Positions 26,486 through 41,800 of a stretch of 64,000 bases of DNA are shown one piece after another. The DNA comes from Veleropilina oligotropha (lineage: Eukaryota). A program made the translations under genes and the position numbers. The stretch covers positions 310,001 to 374,000 of the forward strand of contig JBEUKZ010000010.1 in the NCBI GenBank assembly GCA_048128005.1, given 5' to 3'. Position 1 is the first letter of the stretch. Every line of letters begins with the position of its first letter. The notes under the pieces were generated by a model. It ran no database searches. It was not told the origin of the DNA and saw only the letters and a list, made by a program, of their open reading frames with translations.

Positions 26486-26752
26486 GACTGGTACCTTTGA
26501 TAATTTTAATGTTGTGTGGAGATTATTGACAGTTATTGCCCTTGTTATTTAAGATAATTTGCACGGGCGGACGTACGCGCACATGATCGGATGGTCTGAA
26601 TTTTAATAACCCCGCAATTTTTTTTGGCAGGGAATAATTCTTTAATTTCATTCATTACTGAAGGAAAGAAAGTTAGCGTCTGGGAAATGTTTTCTTGCCT
26701 TAAATTTTTAACCTGGTAAAATTATATAAAAGTGGGGTGTGCATTTTTTTTT
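26197..26752. mobile_element. ~550-bp imperfect palindromic (foldback/MITE-like) element
   Basis: Arms of about 210 bp: gcacaccccacttttatataattt / aaattatataaaagtggggtgtgc, ctaactttctttcct / aggaaagaaagttag and gcccgtgcaaatta / taatttgcacgggc. The left arm alone is duplicated at ~24675-24952. Confidence 0.85.
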
Positions 26753-27628
26753 GGTTGAGAATATGACAAGCTGATTAGGGACAAATAGGTAAACATAATC
26801 CTTACAAGGTTCATACCACTCTGGTCTACGTCGAAGTGTAATTAATGTGTCAACTTGCATCATAACAATAGTAGCAGCATCATGTATTACCACATTATGG
26901 TCAAATCTACATCAATATCTGATCTCTCTAGACAAATCACCACCGTTTATGATTCAAATCAATTAACTAACAGCAAAACAAGAACTGTTACCTGTATTAA
27001 GGGCAATAAACCTGCCATGTGACAGACTAGATGTAAACAATATCAACGGACACAATCCTGTTTACTTAACTGAGTGCTTTACTTAACTGTATCTAATCAA
27101 TTTCTATTGTATATAAATGATGTATTACAAATAATAAGGGACTACACATCTTGTATTGATATAGATCTAGATTACATTCAAATATTGAATTTCCATCACA
27201 ATTATCGGTATCTAGATAATTGAGTAATCTTCTCTAACCACGCAATGTGACAGTTATATTTCAATGTTAGCATAAATCCATTAAACGTTGTAAATAATTA
27301 ACGAAATATTAATATTAATATTAAGCAAATGCTATTGGTAATTTCAATAGAAGAATCATGTCGTATTCATAAATGTAATAATGGACCATTGTGAAATCCA
27401 AAATCTTAGCATAAATCCATTTAAACGTTGTAAATAATTAACTAAATATTAATTTTAATATTATAAAGCAAATGAAATTGGTCATTTTTACATAAATAAC
27501 TTGCTGCATATTTCTTCTTCTCATCTGCGTAATGTACAATCATAATAAACTGCTAAACATTTTATCAAACAAAGAATTTGTTAGACATAGTGATGCTGGT
27601 GTCGTAACTTGTATTACAGTATATGACA

Positions 27629-27916
27629 CAGGGTTCTCCCCGGGCACTTATGTGGCGGGTCCGCCACCCTACGACCCTTCCCCGCCACCCTATGACCCCT
27701 CCCTGCCACCTTTTCACACCTTTAAAAAATTACCACCATTCCAGATGTTCACCCCATAGAAGCCATATAATTAATAAATATACAATATATATATACATAT
27801 ACATGCATACATACATGCATAAATACATACATACACACACGCACGCGCGCGAACACAAGCGACCCCTCCGCGACATAATTCCCCCGCCTTATAATTTCAA
27901 ACCTGGGAGAACACTG
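27629..27916. mobile_element. MITE with CAG termini (hAT-like)
   Basis: TIRs cagggttctccc / gggagaacactg, internal ccgccaccc repeats and a CA/TA microsatellite. No clean 8-bp TSD. Confidence 0.75.
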
Positions 27917-30900
27917 TGATACTAAATCAATAGCAGTAATTGACCATTATGACAAATTAGCTGCCTAGTTATCGCCTTAATCTGGTTATCATACTAGGTA
28001 ATAGACATCTAATGAATATATACATACAGTCCATAAACCAGTCATGGGGGTAAATTAATGGTAATAAAAATATTACTGAAATTATAACATGGATTTTAAG
28101 AAAGTACCTTATTGTGACAACATGTTAAAATGCACTATTTAATAATTATAAAGCTCCATATAACGTTAAATCACTGTAATAAGTGAATGCTATCTTTTTG
28201 TATCTTTATCACGTATGATTGGAAGTGAAAGAAACTCTTTTAATTATAGATTACCTAAAAAATAATAGGAGGACAATAAAAGTCTATAAACCAAATACAT
28301 TTTAAAATGATTAAACCTAGTCTAAAAATCTTAATACACTTAATAAAACATAAAAGTCAATAAATCAAATACATTTTTAAATGATTAAACTTAGTCTAAA
28401 AATCTTATTAAAATACATATGTAACTACATATGAATGACAACTGTCATATATAATGAAGGTCAACTTCATACAAAAGTTTTATCCATTTATAAAATCAAT
28501 ATGTAACTTTGCATATTCTTTATTAATAAGTATAACCATATTTAGTTCAATTATGTATTAAAAAAATTTGACAAATAATACATTATTCACATTATACTTT
28601 TCACAGTTAAATTATATTTAATTAAACCCCATTTTCAATTAATTACAGAAAATCAACAAGTACATCACAAATAAATACTGTATAAATTTCTGGTTTCCAC
28701 TTCATTTTATAATTAAATGTTCAAACATGATTTATGGCAATTGCCTCCTAGATGATGAGGGGGCAACATAAATTTTAATCTGACACTTATAAATCTTAGC
28801 CAGATCTTATAAATGTCCTCAAGGCCACTCCAGAGAGTAAACAACAATGGGATTCCACAATGGCAATCCGGTCAACAAAGCCTGTTTCCACAGAAGCTGA
28901 TATGCTGGGCTTTCAGCCTGGGGAACAAAAGGCTCTGGCCCCTGATTGTGATGCTGGGGTTTGACCACTGGCCAGCCAGTGTTATGCAGATCTAATTTTG
29001 GCTCACTAATTACTGGGTCCAGAGCACCTGACCAACTGGCAGGGAGCTTGACCAGCTAGCTGAGGCAGTAGTACTTATCAGTTCACACCAAGCTCTGAAG
29101 CGATCAACATCGAGTGATCAGCGCTCTCTGGACATCCTGACCAGCAGAGCATCTTCATCAGTTTGTCTGTAATAGACGTGGATGTAAATACTCTATCAAG
29201 GAAAGTGAACATTATATTATTAATAGTAAATGTTGCTGATACAGTGAAGTTGAATTAGTACAAGGACATTGTTGTTGTCCATCAATTTGTGACCGGGAGT
29301 GACCATCCCAGACTATCACCACTGGACATAGAGACGGCCATTTGAAATCTGATACAAAATCACCCGGTCAGTTCATTAGGAGGTGGACAGACATTGTGGA
29401 CAGCGTATATTCATAGACTACAAAGAAGACAGTCTTTCCTGGTGATTGCGGTGTCTGAGTTAAGAGAAGACTGGACTTATATCTCCTCAAGCGTATGCAT
29501 TGGATTACACTATCAACTGAACTTAAATGTTGAGGAAAACTCAAAGAGCATGATTCTACGAAAATATACAAGTAGGCATTGCTCAATAACATGACAAGTA
29601 AGTAATAATATTATTATAATATATATCAATATAATAGAAAACATATGCAAATTGAGTATATTTTAGCTGATTTGTTAAATTGGTAATAAGTGTATAGGCT
29701 AACTGTCAAAATTCCTGGAAAATTACTTATGTTGAGGTGAGAGAAACTGGTCATCATGTGTTTCCACAAATTTTACATGTAAATTATTCACATACGTTTT
29801 AGTTTTGAGATATAACATATAATATGACATTACTAAATTTTCAATCAAAATAATATAAAACAGTAAATATGATTTCAAACCCTGCCTGAATGTAAATTCA
29901 GATTCTGTGAATATTGGAATTTTATGAACAACATATTATCACCATATTTAATTTAATAGTAAATGTTTGCTCACGGAAGTATGCTACGATGGTTATTATA
30001 TGAGCATTGTTTACATTCTGGCCACTAGCAGCCATAATGACTGACAGATAGCCCCTCAGTTGTGAGTTAGTACCATGGTTATCATTGAGTCAACAGGCCG
30101 CCTTAACACCAACAGACATTCATCTTAGATTGGCTCTTAAAGCAGGGGCAAGAATAAACAAACTTCACAGCAACTGACCATCTATGTCAACAAAAATATC
30201 AACAAGAAGCCCTGGCTAGCACTTAGAATAATAGACTATAAAACTTATGTCCCGCTTTATGGATGAATCAACTTTATTGTATGTTACCCCATTTTAGATT
30301 TACATGCTATAAATTCAGCCATAAATCTAGCATTCCCGGATGGGTTTGTTTTGTTATCTGGTCCACATGTCTACAAGTCCCCAACAACTTGATCTCCCTG
30401 TCTCCTGTCCACTCTCTGGGACACACTATACTGGTCCCCGAAGAATATGCGTGGAATTAATTACAAACTCCTGACCTAGTCTGCCTCTGCATCCAAGCTA
30501 GATTAATTAGCTAACATCTACACAGTCTCCAAACTCAGTCAGAGTTAGACTTAGGAAATAGGAAGTGAACTAGATGATTGTGTGGGGTTGCAGTAACATT
30601 ACTCAGAGGCAAAGCGTAGGAGGACCAGCTTTTATCCTTTTTATTGTGCTGTTCTATTGTGACGCAATAAAGAACGTGGAAGTCTCTAGATCTATTTGTT
30701 ACTGTTGGATGCTGTGGAGAGCTATTTGAATTTGCATCCATTGTAGAGTGTGGACTTTCGTAGACCACCTGCTGAATGCATTGTACTTGAAGTCCATGAA
30801 GTCTGACACACTTCCCAGCTGGGCTACAGCTGAGCATGACAGCGATCAATCAGTACATACTATGTTCAGCAGTTAGCCTCCTACAATTTATACCAAGTTT

Positions 30901-33900
30901 TGTGGAGGGAAATATGAATCGATAGGAGCATGTGTTCTTGACTGTTTACTGCGAACCTGGTGTGGTGGATCACTGGCAGTGGTGAGGTTGAGGAGACTTT
31001 ATTACTAGGCTCTTGTAAGGGCCTGGGGCCAGGGGATATCCTCCATCGCTGACACACAAAAGTCTTATTGTTGGTCTGTCAATATGGAACTTCCATCTAA
31101 ACCACCTCGGGTATTAACTGTCAAAATGCTCGCCTGGATAACACATAGCTTATTGCCTTAAACAGTTTTCATGCAGTACTTTTGATATTATGTAGAGATA
31201 TCGAACTGTTCTGGAGATGAACATGAAGTCGACCGAAAAAACAAGAATGTTTAAGATCGATTTCTTAGTATACAATAATTTAGCTAAATATCTATGAATC
31301 AGTCATAATTCTCATGATCCTGCTAAGTTTGTGGGAATGACATTTTTGGTGAAATCAATGTTTTATTATTTATATTTAAAACCGTATATTTGTGGATATA
31401 AATTAATGATTGATAAAGTGATACACGCCATTCATTGGCATATTACTCATAAGCACTCTTACATCATTGATCATAAACAAATATGCAATATTAATTTTTC
31501 CATGTGATTGATATTATTATGCAGTAGTAGTACGTATTATTACGTATATTAGAACCACGCATATGTTCTGTATAACGCAATAAATAAATAATAATGTCAA
31601 GTAATATTTTTCAAACAATGAAAAACCCATATTTACGAAATTGTACAAACATTTAATAAGTCCAGCATTAATATAGTTAAACAATGTGTCCAGATAATAT
31701 ACTTATCACCTTTCCTTTCACAATCACCTTAATTTATAATTGTGTCCATACATTTGGAATATTTACAATGTGACCGTGTCAATAACACTGTGTCATAATC
31801 TGATAGGAAAACACGTGCCTTAAAGTGACAATCCCGATGGATTTCACCTGCTAATCCCGCCATGACACCCATGACATGGGGACAGACTGAAATGGAAAAC
31901 TATTACTAAGTAATATACTTATCACGTCTCAATGGAAAAACTATGACACTTCAGGACATCATAAGTGAAATATACCAAACAATCCCATAACAGTAAGTGT
32001 CCACTTAATTATTCATTCAATTGGCCAGAAATAAACAAAAGGCAGCAATTGGATTAATAAAAACATGCAGATAATCTCCCCATGACAAGAGGTAATCAGG
32101 TATAATAAAAACAATATTTGTCACATTAAGTGTTTATGACTCCCTTTCTATAAACAGGGACAATGTAGTCCTGCATGATGCAGATGCATAATTTTTTAAA
32201 TTGTCAGAAATAAAACAAAATATATCATATTTTCAAACATATCATAATTATGTGGCTCTTTGTTTATTTGGTAATAAGTTGTGAATAATTTAATTTTAGT
32301 ATCAGTTGTGAACGTTCTTCTATGGTAGTTAAAATATGGCAATTAAATTAATTATTCACTGAAAATATGATAGCGAAAAATGTAAGATTATTAAAAAAAA
32401 TAGAGAAAACAGTACGGTTCATTTACAAATTACTAGAGAACGAAGAACCAAGTGAATAAAATAACATGGAGAGGAATGTAGTTCATTAAAAGTGAATTAA
32501 ATCAATACACCGAAAACGTTCTGTAAATATTTTTCTTAAATTAATGTAATGAATGTTAATTGGAGCATGTCGCCATGCCTCAAACTGAGCCAAACAATTG
32601 CACAGCTAAAACTCACTAATGTCGTGCAATTTCCTATCATTATCCGAATCATTCCATTTAACCACCATCCCATTACAGTGTAACAGGTTTTCTGTACAAA
32701 AGTGAAAGTTTGAGTCAATGACCATGGCCATTGTGGCAATATTATGTAACAAATTGCTCATCATAGAGCCTTAATCTCTCCCAGCCCTGCACAAGGCGGT
32801 CGATGCCATGGAAACCATCAAAATACAAGGGAACTTGCTGAAGTGTATTTCGTTTGTCCCACCCAGCCATTATCTGAGGTGAGCCATTCGAGTTGTCTTC
32901 TCCCTAAAATGCAACGTTTGCTAAAGCCCGCAGCACACTAGCCGATTGCACTGCGATATATTGAGATGAGACTTAGTCTCCCACGATACGTTCCAATAAT
33001 TAATCGGGCTGTTCCTGACGAAAAAGCGGCTAGTGTGCTCTGGGCTTAAGAATGGACAATAAATGACCATAAGAAATTTTTTATTGCCAAAAAGGTTATA
33101 CAGTATATTAAATATGAACACAATTAAGATTAGAAATAAAACACAGCTAAATAAATTTATATACCATTAGATATCTTAATGCTCACTGCATAACAGTACT
33201 TACTTATTACTAAAAGCAAGATAATGTGAAAAATTCCAATCATTCATCTTTAATACGTGGAATTAATACATGAACTCAATTCAGATGATGAGGGTACCTG
33301 CTTTGATCTAAACACTTCCTAATTTGTCAGAAAAATTCTATATTATCATGTGTCAATACGGATGTCTTTAAATTACACATTTTAATTGTGAGATTCACAA
33401 CTTTCCATCGTTAAAATGTAATCTGCAAGCTGATAAGACTAGAACAATTTATTAAGGATTCAGGCAGGTGTCCCCTTCATGCACTGTATCATTAGAGAGC
33501 TACTTCCTCTTTAAATACCCTGATGCAGCTTTAACAACCCCTAAAGGACTCTTCTGTTACATGCAGATCACCAGTGAAATTGTACCCTATGATTAGGGGT
33601 TATATACAAGCGCATTTAATTCCCAATGAGGCATTAGCAGCTCCCAATAAAAGTAAAATTCTAAGAGTTAAGTGTTTCAACCTCATTTACACCTGCAGTA
33701 ACATTTGGGGCATTGTTTATAGCCATGCTATATCTGCAACATTATTGCCTTTCGTCATGCAAAACAACATATAAACAACGAAACATTAACAACAGCTATC
33801 TTTAACTAACACCTGCTTAATTTTGTAATAAAAGAAATCATAAATCATCTGCATAATCACTTCTAGGTTATGAGCCTGTTTCAGTCAAATTTGTAACGGT

Positions 33901-33964
33901 CAACTCTCTTTGACTGAGGATGGATGCTTAATGTGGTTGGATCAATGTTTAAATTTAACATTTT

Positions 33965-34112
33965 AAGGTGGGCACCACATCTATACGTGACACTGACCAT
34001 CTGGCTGACTGTTCTAAATCAAAATCTTTCGATCAAAATAAAAGGGAGAGAACTCAATTCAACAAGGCTAGTATTGGTATACATGTATATTAAGTTGTGT
34101 GGTGCCCACCTT
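33965..34112. mobile_element. Small MITE (Kolobok-like)
   Basis: 15-bp perfect inverted repeat aaggtgggcaccaca / tgtggtgcccacctt, with TTAA on the left side. Confidence 0.7.
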
Positions 34113-34126
34113 CGAATATGCAACCG

Positions 34127-34411
34127 CAGGGCTAGAAATACAAATTTAAAACCACTGGTCCAATGGACCACCAGGAATTTTAATCACTGGTCAAATTTCA
34201 AATTTACTGGTCATAAAGTATTTATGATCAATAGCTTGCATATATAGGCTATACTAACGTTACAATGAACTAATGTGTGTGATAACAACTAATAGTAAGC
34301 AGGTATTGTAAAAATCAATGGTCCACAGGACCACCATGTGTTAAAAATGACTGGTTTTCTGCAATTTTTACTGGTTTGAGACCAGTAAATCCATGCTTGT
34401 TTCGAGCCCTG
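34127..34411. mobile_element. hAT-like MITE, intact copy of the family also at 23517-24020, 25162-25540 and 48050-48170
   Basis: TIRs cagggctagaaata / tgtttcgagccctg and internal tggtcc..tggacca palindromes. It is the reverse complement of the copies in the 23-26 kb duplication. Confidence 0.8.
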
Positions 34412-36290
34412 AACGTGTTGTGAATTTTTAAACACCCTTCAGGGTCCATACCACCACATGTCCATAAAATCAGTGGAAGAAAGCTTGGTCGCCCCGAGAA
34501 ACAATGAATTGTGAACCACGCACCTGACCATTACATTATTACTATTATCAAGCTGCAGAAAGCACAAAGAGAGCATGCTGAAAATTTTTCAGTCTTGCCA
34601 ATCAAGTACCCAAAATTGATTTTGAAGACATATGTTGTACGAGTCATACATATGATCAGATGTCATGTAAATGTTTTAAACTACATTATAATCATGTTAA
34701 AATACAATTATAATTTTATTTTCAATCTTTCTGTCTTATTCCAATTGCACTGACTCCCCTTTCTTCAATTCTGTGTCTCATTCCAATCGCACTGACTCCA
34801 CTTGTTTCAATATAATATTGCAGGCTCATTTAATACATTTATGGGCGATGACACTTCTGAAGTTCAGAATTATCAGTCACCTTTGTCCATAACCATTCAG
34901 CTGATGTGGGTGAGTTTCAGCGAATATTTCGGGATTACCTCACACGATTAAGCCTACATGGACATGTTTTAATATGACTATAGGGATGTTCACAGGACAA
35001 TAAATCCAATCTTTTATCCTGCATTAAAAACATTGCATATTAAACTCATGTTTTTAATATGTGCATAGATCTAATACACTGTGAAACACATTGTGCTGTA
35101 GTTGTCTAATTAATTACAAACTTGCATATTTGCTTTATCAGTTAGAGACGATTTACCAGCAAAGCATGCTGGGACATCTACTGATTAGCCAATAAATATG
35201 GAGTATCTGCCAACATCCCTCAGCAAACTGTTAGAAGATCACCAACAGCAATGGATCTTTATGGCATCCATAAAATCAAACCAATTTTCACATGATTGAA
35301 GGTCCCATTTATCTGTGTCAGCCTACTCCAAACTCAGTGGGATTCCATGACACCTGCCCTGTGGGATACAAGTTCTACAACAGGGAGAAATACTCTGCCC
35401 TGACATATTCTAATTAAATTGCTTATCACACACTTGCCAATGCAAGATTCATTGATTGAAGATTCCTATTTATAGATAAAATATCAACATTTACCCACAT
35501 TATTCACATAACAGAGTCGATTGTTGATTTTGATAATTACATGCTAGTAAATTGGAAATATTCACATTACATTTGAAGAGATCATCGTAAAACTTTGGAA
35601 AATAAAAACTTTACAGATCCTGAGATGATTAAAATAAATAGGGCTAGATATGCTTTCATAAATACAATGAAATAGTATGATATGGGAAAGGTATTTGTGA
35701 CTTCAGCATGCCATATTTGTTCAATCACCTTGTCACAGAATAAACAGAATACAGAACATTTAGCTTATAATAAAATCAATGCTTCAGACTTATTTTTTTG
35801 TTTTTTCCTGCGACCTGGACTTGGACCTCACCAATCTAATCACCTGGTACTTGACAATATTTACTGAAGGTTCATCAAAATCTGTTCATAATTATACAAC
35901 GACACGTTTTTGCCATCAGAAATGTTTAATCTTTAACCTTTTCTGTGTCCACGACATTGACCTTGGATGCCCACAATCTAATTAATTAATCTTCCACCAG
36001 ATCTCAAAACTTTTGAGCCGTAATTAAATTCTTAAGTCTGTCTACATGATTCTCCATTTTCGTTATGTTATTAGATGTCATGTGTTTCGGATATATTATG
36101 TTACTGTGACCTTGACCCGCACAATATAATCATCCAGTCCATGATTCATGGGCATTATACTTCCTAAAAGTTTCATTCAAATATGTTTAGAAGTTTCATA
36201 GTACTATAATCCTAAACAATGAGCATGTATAATCAAATTATCGATACAGGTATATACTGTCATCCATTCTATACAGATACCTTACATAAA

Positions 36291-36570
36291 GTGGCCGCTC
36301 CGACTGTCGTGTGGTTTCGGTTTCGGACTCCGAAAATCACTGGCTTGATTCCGTAGATGCGAACAGTAGTGCGTTCAAACCTCAGCTGGGGCATGACATT
36401 ATTAAATTTGTTCAAGTTATGAATCACAGTTGTCCGTAATTGGTCGGAGAGGGCGGGTTTACCCAGGCGACCGGGCTTTCCTCCTTCGATAACATAGACA
36501 TGTCCTGCTTTAAACTTAATGGTTAGAAATATACACGACATTAACCATCGATCCTTTTCTTTTCCTTTTT
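36291..36570 (+). mobile_element. SINE, homolog of 21092-21372, nested in a decayed HINE-like element (~35750-36700)
   Basis: Collinear similarity to 21092-21372. The host has gaccttgacc motifs and ends cagacaaac..aaaacataacgtcttggtgggggttataa. Confidence 0.8.
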
Positions 36571-38616
36571 TACATCAACTCTTGAGTGTGGCTACTAAAC
36601 TGGAGCATTTAAATGCAATGTTCATAAAATTTCACAGAAATCCATCCATAACAGACAAACAAACATGATTCAAAACATAACGTCTTGGTGGGGGTTATAA
36701 TTAAATTGCCATCCGTTGTCACTCAAGGTAAACCATTGAATGAACAGGCCACAGTGTAATAATCTTATATGGTCTAGATCATAACAACCCAACAATAAAC
36801 GCGAAATGTGTTATAAATGCCTCCATATTTCATATTCCCTTCATTCTTTATACTGTACACAAAAAAGATAATTACCTTTAAATTGACATAATTCAATACA
36901 CCATGTGAAACCAATTCTGATACCGCATACTATTATGTAAATATGCCATTCCTAATAACGGTACGATCGAGAATAATAAACGTACCCGAGCGTTAAATAT
37001 TTTATCGTGTCAATACCCCCCAATTTAATAATTTAATCATTGAAGACGGCACAAACAAGTGGACAAAGAAAAAAGGAAATTTATTGTTGCGAATATATTA
37101 CTAATGCATTCTTTGTTGACTACAAAGAAACGATTTTTATTCGATACTGATACAGTGGAGGCGCCTCAATGAATGGTTGTAAACTGTCATCATGGTTGAC
37201 TTGGTATATCGAATGAAATTGAAAGATAACAATCGTGAATGAATATGTATATTAAAACATCAAAAGCACTTTTATATTCACAACAGACACGGAAAACGTC
37301 ATCAGCTATGGGAAAGTCAGCCCATTATGCGAAAAAGGATACGAAAACATCCAACGAACAACAATTAGCAAGACATTAATATCAATTTAAGAATTGACAG
37401 GAAAAATATGCTAGTTAGCATGGTATTTGAAATCTTGCCCACATGATAGTATATACAGATAGCAACGAAGAAAGTCAAGAATTTATATGCAAGTATTCAA
37501 CAGTGATGCACAGGGTGCAAAAACGTCTGAAAGGTAACTAACTACACTTGAAAATATTTCAATTTTACTTTAAACTCATTACATTGTGTTAGCACACATA
37601 TATCTCCTGTCCAAATGAGCTAAAACTCATGGTGAACTCTGTATAACGTTCAGTGGCTGCCTTTTGTCAATTCTAATCATACATATTTTACCTTTAGATT
37701 TGACAATATAATAACTACTTGGATTTGATATGGCTATTAAGTTAGTTTAATAAGTATCTAATACAAAAGGCAATAATCATTATCATCCCACATGTTAACG
37801 ACAAAGTAAAAACCGCCATCAATCAATCATAAATAACATTTTTAATCATCACTTTATTGAAATGCATACGCCACGATCATTTCAAAGGTGTTGATGAAAT
37901 CAAAATGATGGTCACCTTGACTGGTCAAGATTGTATTCGGTTGCCCATTGACCAGTGAGCGTCTGCGGTCTTAGTCTGGCTGGACAATAGCCCTAAGACC
38001 ATGAAATTGACAGGCAAACATATAAAGTACCCCTGGTTGCTGGTGTTTGCCAATGGGGGAATATATATCAGGAGTCGAATGGCTAAGCCTGACCTCAGGG
38101 TGGTCCTGTCACATGACGTGGAATTCCGATACACCAAAATCTCATTTCGTTTCATGTTGGCAAATCGGTGTGATCTTTCACGGTTGAATTTGTAAGAAAT
38201 TGAAATGAAGGATGCATAATATCTTCCTGTGTTTGACGCTTCGCGTTGGATACTTCCTAACCAGTTCCATCTAGAATAATACGAGCTAAGCCAGCTTTGG
38301 CAATTAGCACTAATTACTGCATCCTGGTCAGTAAACATGCTTTGTTGTCTTAACTGGCCGCTGTTGTCTATAGCTGGAGGGGAATAGCTTATTTCACCCC
38401 AACGGATGGACTCAATACACTAACACGAGGGATCCACCACGTGATCAAAACAGCCCTTATAAAACACATTCATGTCGCTTCCGTGGAACATCAAATAGAT
38501 TTAACGCATAACCAACCAATTAAAGCATGTATTAAAATGCAATGACCATGGAAATGAACACTCCAGGTTAATACGCACCTACTGACTAGACAAGGTAAGT
38601 CTGATGGCTTGAGAAG

Positions 38617-38845
38617 ATTGATTGGCTGGCAACACTGTTTTATGACCACTTTTAGCACTTTTTCAGCTGTATCGCAGTCGGGACATCCGGTTTAAGGTCT
38701 CACTCCGATCTGACCGACATACATTAGGCTATGCCATCTATTAATTTTAAGCGTTAGAATAGCAACACAGGAGCAGGGGTTTGAACCCACATCCTACCGT
38801 CCCAAATCGATTTTCCAATGCTCTACCAGTTGAGATATCGAGGAC
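38617..38845 (-). mobile_element. SINE group A, full length
   Basis: Reverse-complement homolog of 7102-7338 with A and B boxes. Confidence 0.9.
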
Positions 38846-41800
38846 AGTACGAGAGAAGAGTGATGTTTTTATACTTATTATGACCTTTTTATTAACGTTA
38901 TCTAGTACTAAATTTCAGAGTTAATCATGCTTCACAATTTAACAGAAGTGCAAAAAACAAATTATGCTAAAACTTTTGTCGCATAACGTATTTTGGTATC
39001 TATTAATTGCACCTATCATAGAAGTTTGAACGTTACAAAATTAATTAGAGTAAAATCCCTCAAAAATTTCTGTTACAAAGACTGTAATCTTACAAAAAAC
39101 AAAATATATATGAAAAATTGTCATTAATTTCTAACAATTGTGCAAGTAATAAACATTTGTCACACTGATCTTCGGGACTGAAGACCACACAAAATGATGT
39201 GACTTATCTAATGCAATTAAATCTATTTTTAACAATGGCAACCATCTTGGATTCACAAATTTACGCATATTAAAATTTAACATTACTCTCATATTTGTGA
39301 TTTCAAAATTTGGAAATATTACGTAACATGGTTCAGATACCAAGAACTATAGATCCAGAAACAGTCAAGTGCTGACCAAATGTGGGGTGGGCCCTTTTAA
39401 GGGGCCATATGGGTACATCCTGGGGCATAGCACTTGAGAAACTCAAATTAAATCCAGAATAGATTTCTTTTCTGAGTCAACATATGACCCATACAGGGTA
39501 CATCAAGCCATCTGTTAGTGCTGCTGATGTAATAATAGATAACATCATCTGTCCAAGAATAACACTGAAGCCAAATGTTAAATACCTCCACTGTAAACAT
39601 TGGGTATCAAGTGCTTAGCGGCGACGGGGTCTGCTATCCACATTTCTGGTAATTTGAGCCAGACGAATCACCTGCAGGTAAATCGTAATATTGGACATTT
39701 TAATTTACATATATCAACATAACATTGGAAATTAAAATTGAATAGAATTGGGGCATTACCGTTATGGCCTTATTTTTAAAAATTCTACTTCAACTGCGTA
39801 TTTTCAGTTCGCAAATGCTGTTAACTTTTAAATTTAGTAATACAAATTTTAAACATTATTCAGCACCAAAAATTTATACTTAAAACTAATCAAATTTGTC
39901 TTCTTAAAAGTTGAGCATTTGACAATCATGGTTATTTTAAAAAAAATAAAAATGTCACAAAGGTTAATAACATGTAGCATTCAAAGCAGCATGTTTCAGT
40001 GAATATGTATTGTGTCGTACTGATATTAAAGATGAAAACAATTACTCAAACTATTATATAAGATTGATCACCAAGCAATGCAAATTTAAAACTAAATTTC
40101 TTTATCTATTTTACATTTACATTTCTTATTGACAAATCTGACATTACCCCGTGAATAAAACTTTTGACAAAGTAACACATTTCTTTCATTATTAGCAATA
40201 AAATAAATTTATGGCCAATGAAAGCCATTTCCACAGAGTAATCAGGCACACTTCTGTCATCACCACATTTACATCCATCCCTTTATTTGTTTTCGAATTT
40301 AATCGATTTCGATCAAATTTGTTTAATGTCTATGAAACGCGAGCTCCGCCTAGCCTAATCTGTGTAATAAAAACAAACATAGAGCATATAACGCCATGAC
40401 AACTTTGATAATCACTTTCACAGATTAATTAAGGCCTCTACTGTTACCAAGATGGGCGCTAATTACAAGAAAGGAAATAAACATATGCAGCTATTGCAAC
40501 AATCGAATCGGGACCATTAGCCAACAAAATGACATCATTGTCGAAGCACCTGCCTAATGAAGCTGGAATAAGTTAGGCATGCTTGTTGTTGGATCATGAA
40601 CAATGAAAAGCAATTAGATGGCACTCCAAGATCGCAGATGTATCTCTAATCATAGCCTGTTGTGCTCACAGTAGAACTGAAGATGTCCTTGGATTAAGCA
40701 ATAACTTAATAAGCGAGTTTGAATAGCGATATTGCCAATTGGGTAAGTAATAAATGACTTTTACAGATTAATTAGAAATTGAAGGATTTAAACGAGGTCA
40801 ATAATATAAATTGATAAAACAAAATTAACTATTATGTATTTAAATTGTTGTCAATTTTGGAATACCAATATAATTCTTCTTACTAATCATGACCCCATTA
40901 CTATCACATATGACATATAATATAATACTGCAATATTATATAATAATATCAAAATGTTCTAATTAAAACTTTAAATCACCAATGTTCATATTCTAGACAA
41001 TTTTAAGTGACTTCATCATAATGCAAAAGTACAGCAATATCCAAGCAAACAATTTGGGTAAATTCAAGTTCACGAAAGTTGCAAAATCTACAAGTATTAC
41101 AAGATACACCAACATTTTACTTCATTGCTACAGGACATCACACATAACAAAGAAACTACAAACCAAGATTGCCCAGGTGCATAATGAAATGTATTTAATT
41201 GGGTTCCGATTTCCCTTATATCTCCCATGAACATGTTTAATTGTCATTTAATAACTTGCTCAACTGAACCCAGACAGATACTCCTGTGGTTGTGAACCCC
41301 AGGAGATGCTCATCACATGGTTAAATTATTCACGAAATCTGTCATGCACAGGCAGAACTGACACTTTCATGCATGAACGCTTCGGGCTGAGAAGGTTTAT
41401 GGTCCAGCGCCGCCAAGATGTCCAATGAGCTGAGAGAGACAGCTCCTTTGAAATTACATCTAGTTTATTAAACGAATATGATAGCCAAGAAGCATCTATT
41501 ACTGTAAGTGGTGAGTCTCTTTAATTTTCAAAATATTATTCATATAGGTATTTCAAATTTATCATCAGTGAATAGTAAGTCATTGTTAAATAAATATAAA
41601 TAATTACAAATAAATTCACAAATATTAATTTAATCAATTAATGATATTGATTAATGAATTCATAATCAAATTGGAACATATTCAGATAATTTACAGAATT
41701 TTAACAAATGTTAATAATATCATAACATGTAAATGTAGTTGAAAGTTACTCTGATTTCCATATGAAAATAAGCTAATAACTTAAAGTATTTTGAATTACA

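Noticed and set aside
36920..37560. Decayed transposase fragment
   Set aside because: A-rich, coding-like texture, but I could not recover any diagnostic motif.
37925..38338. 137-aa minus-strand ORF
   Set aside because: No recognisable motif or exon structure; more consistent with a non-coding island.
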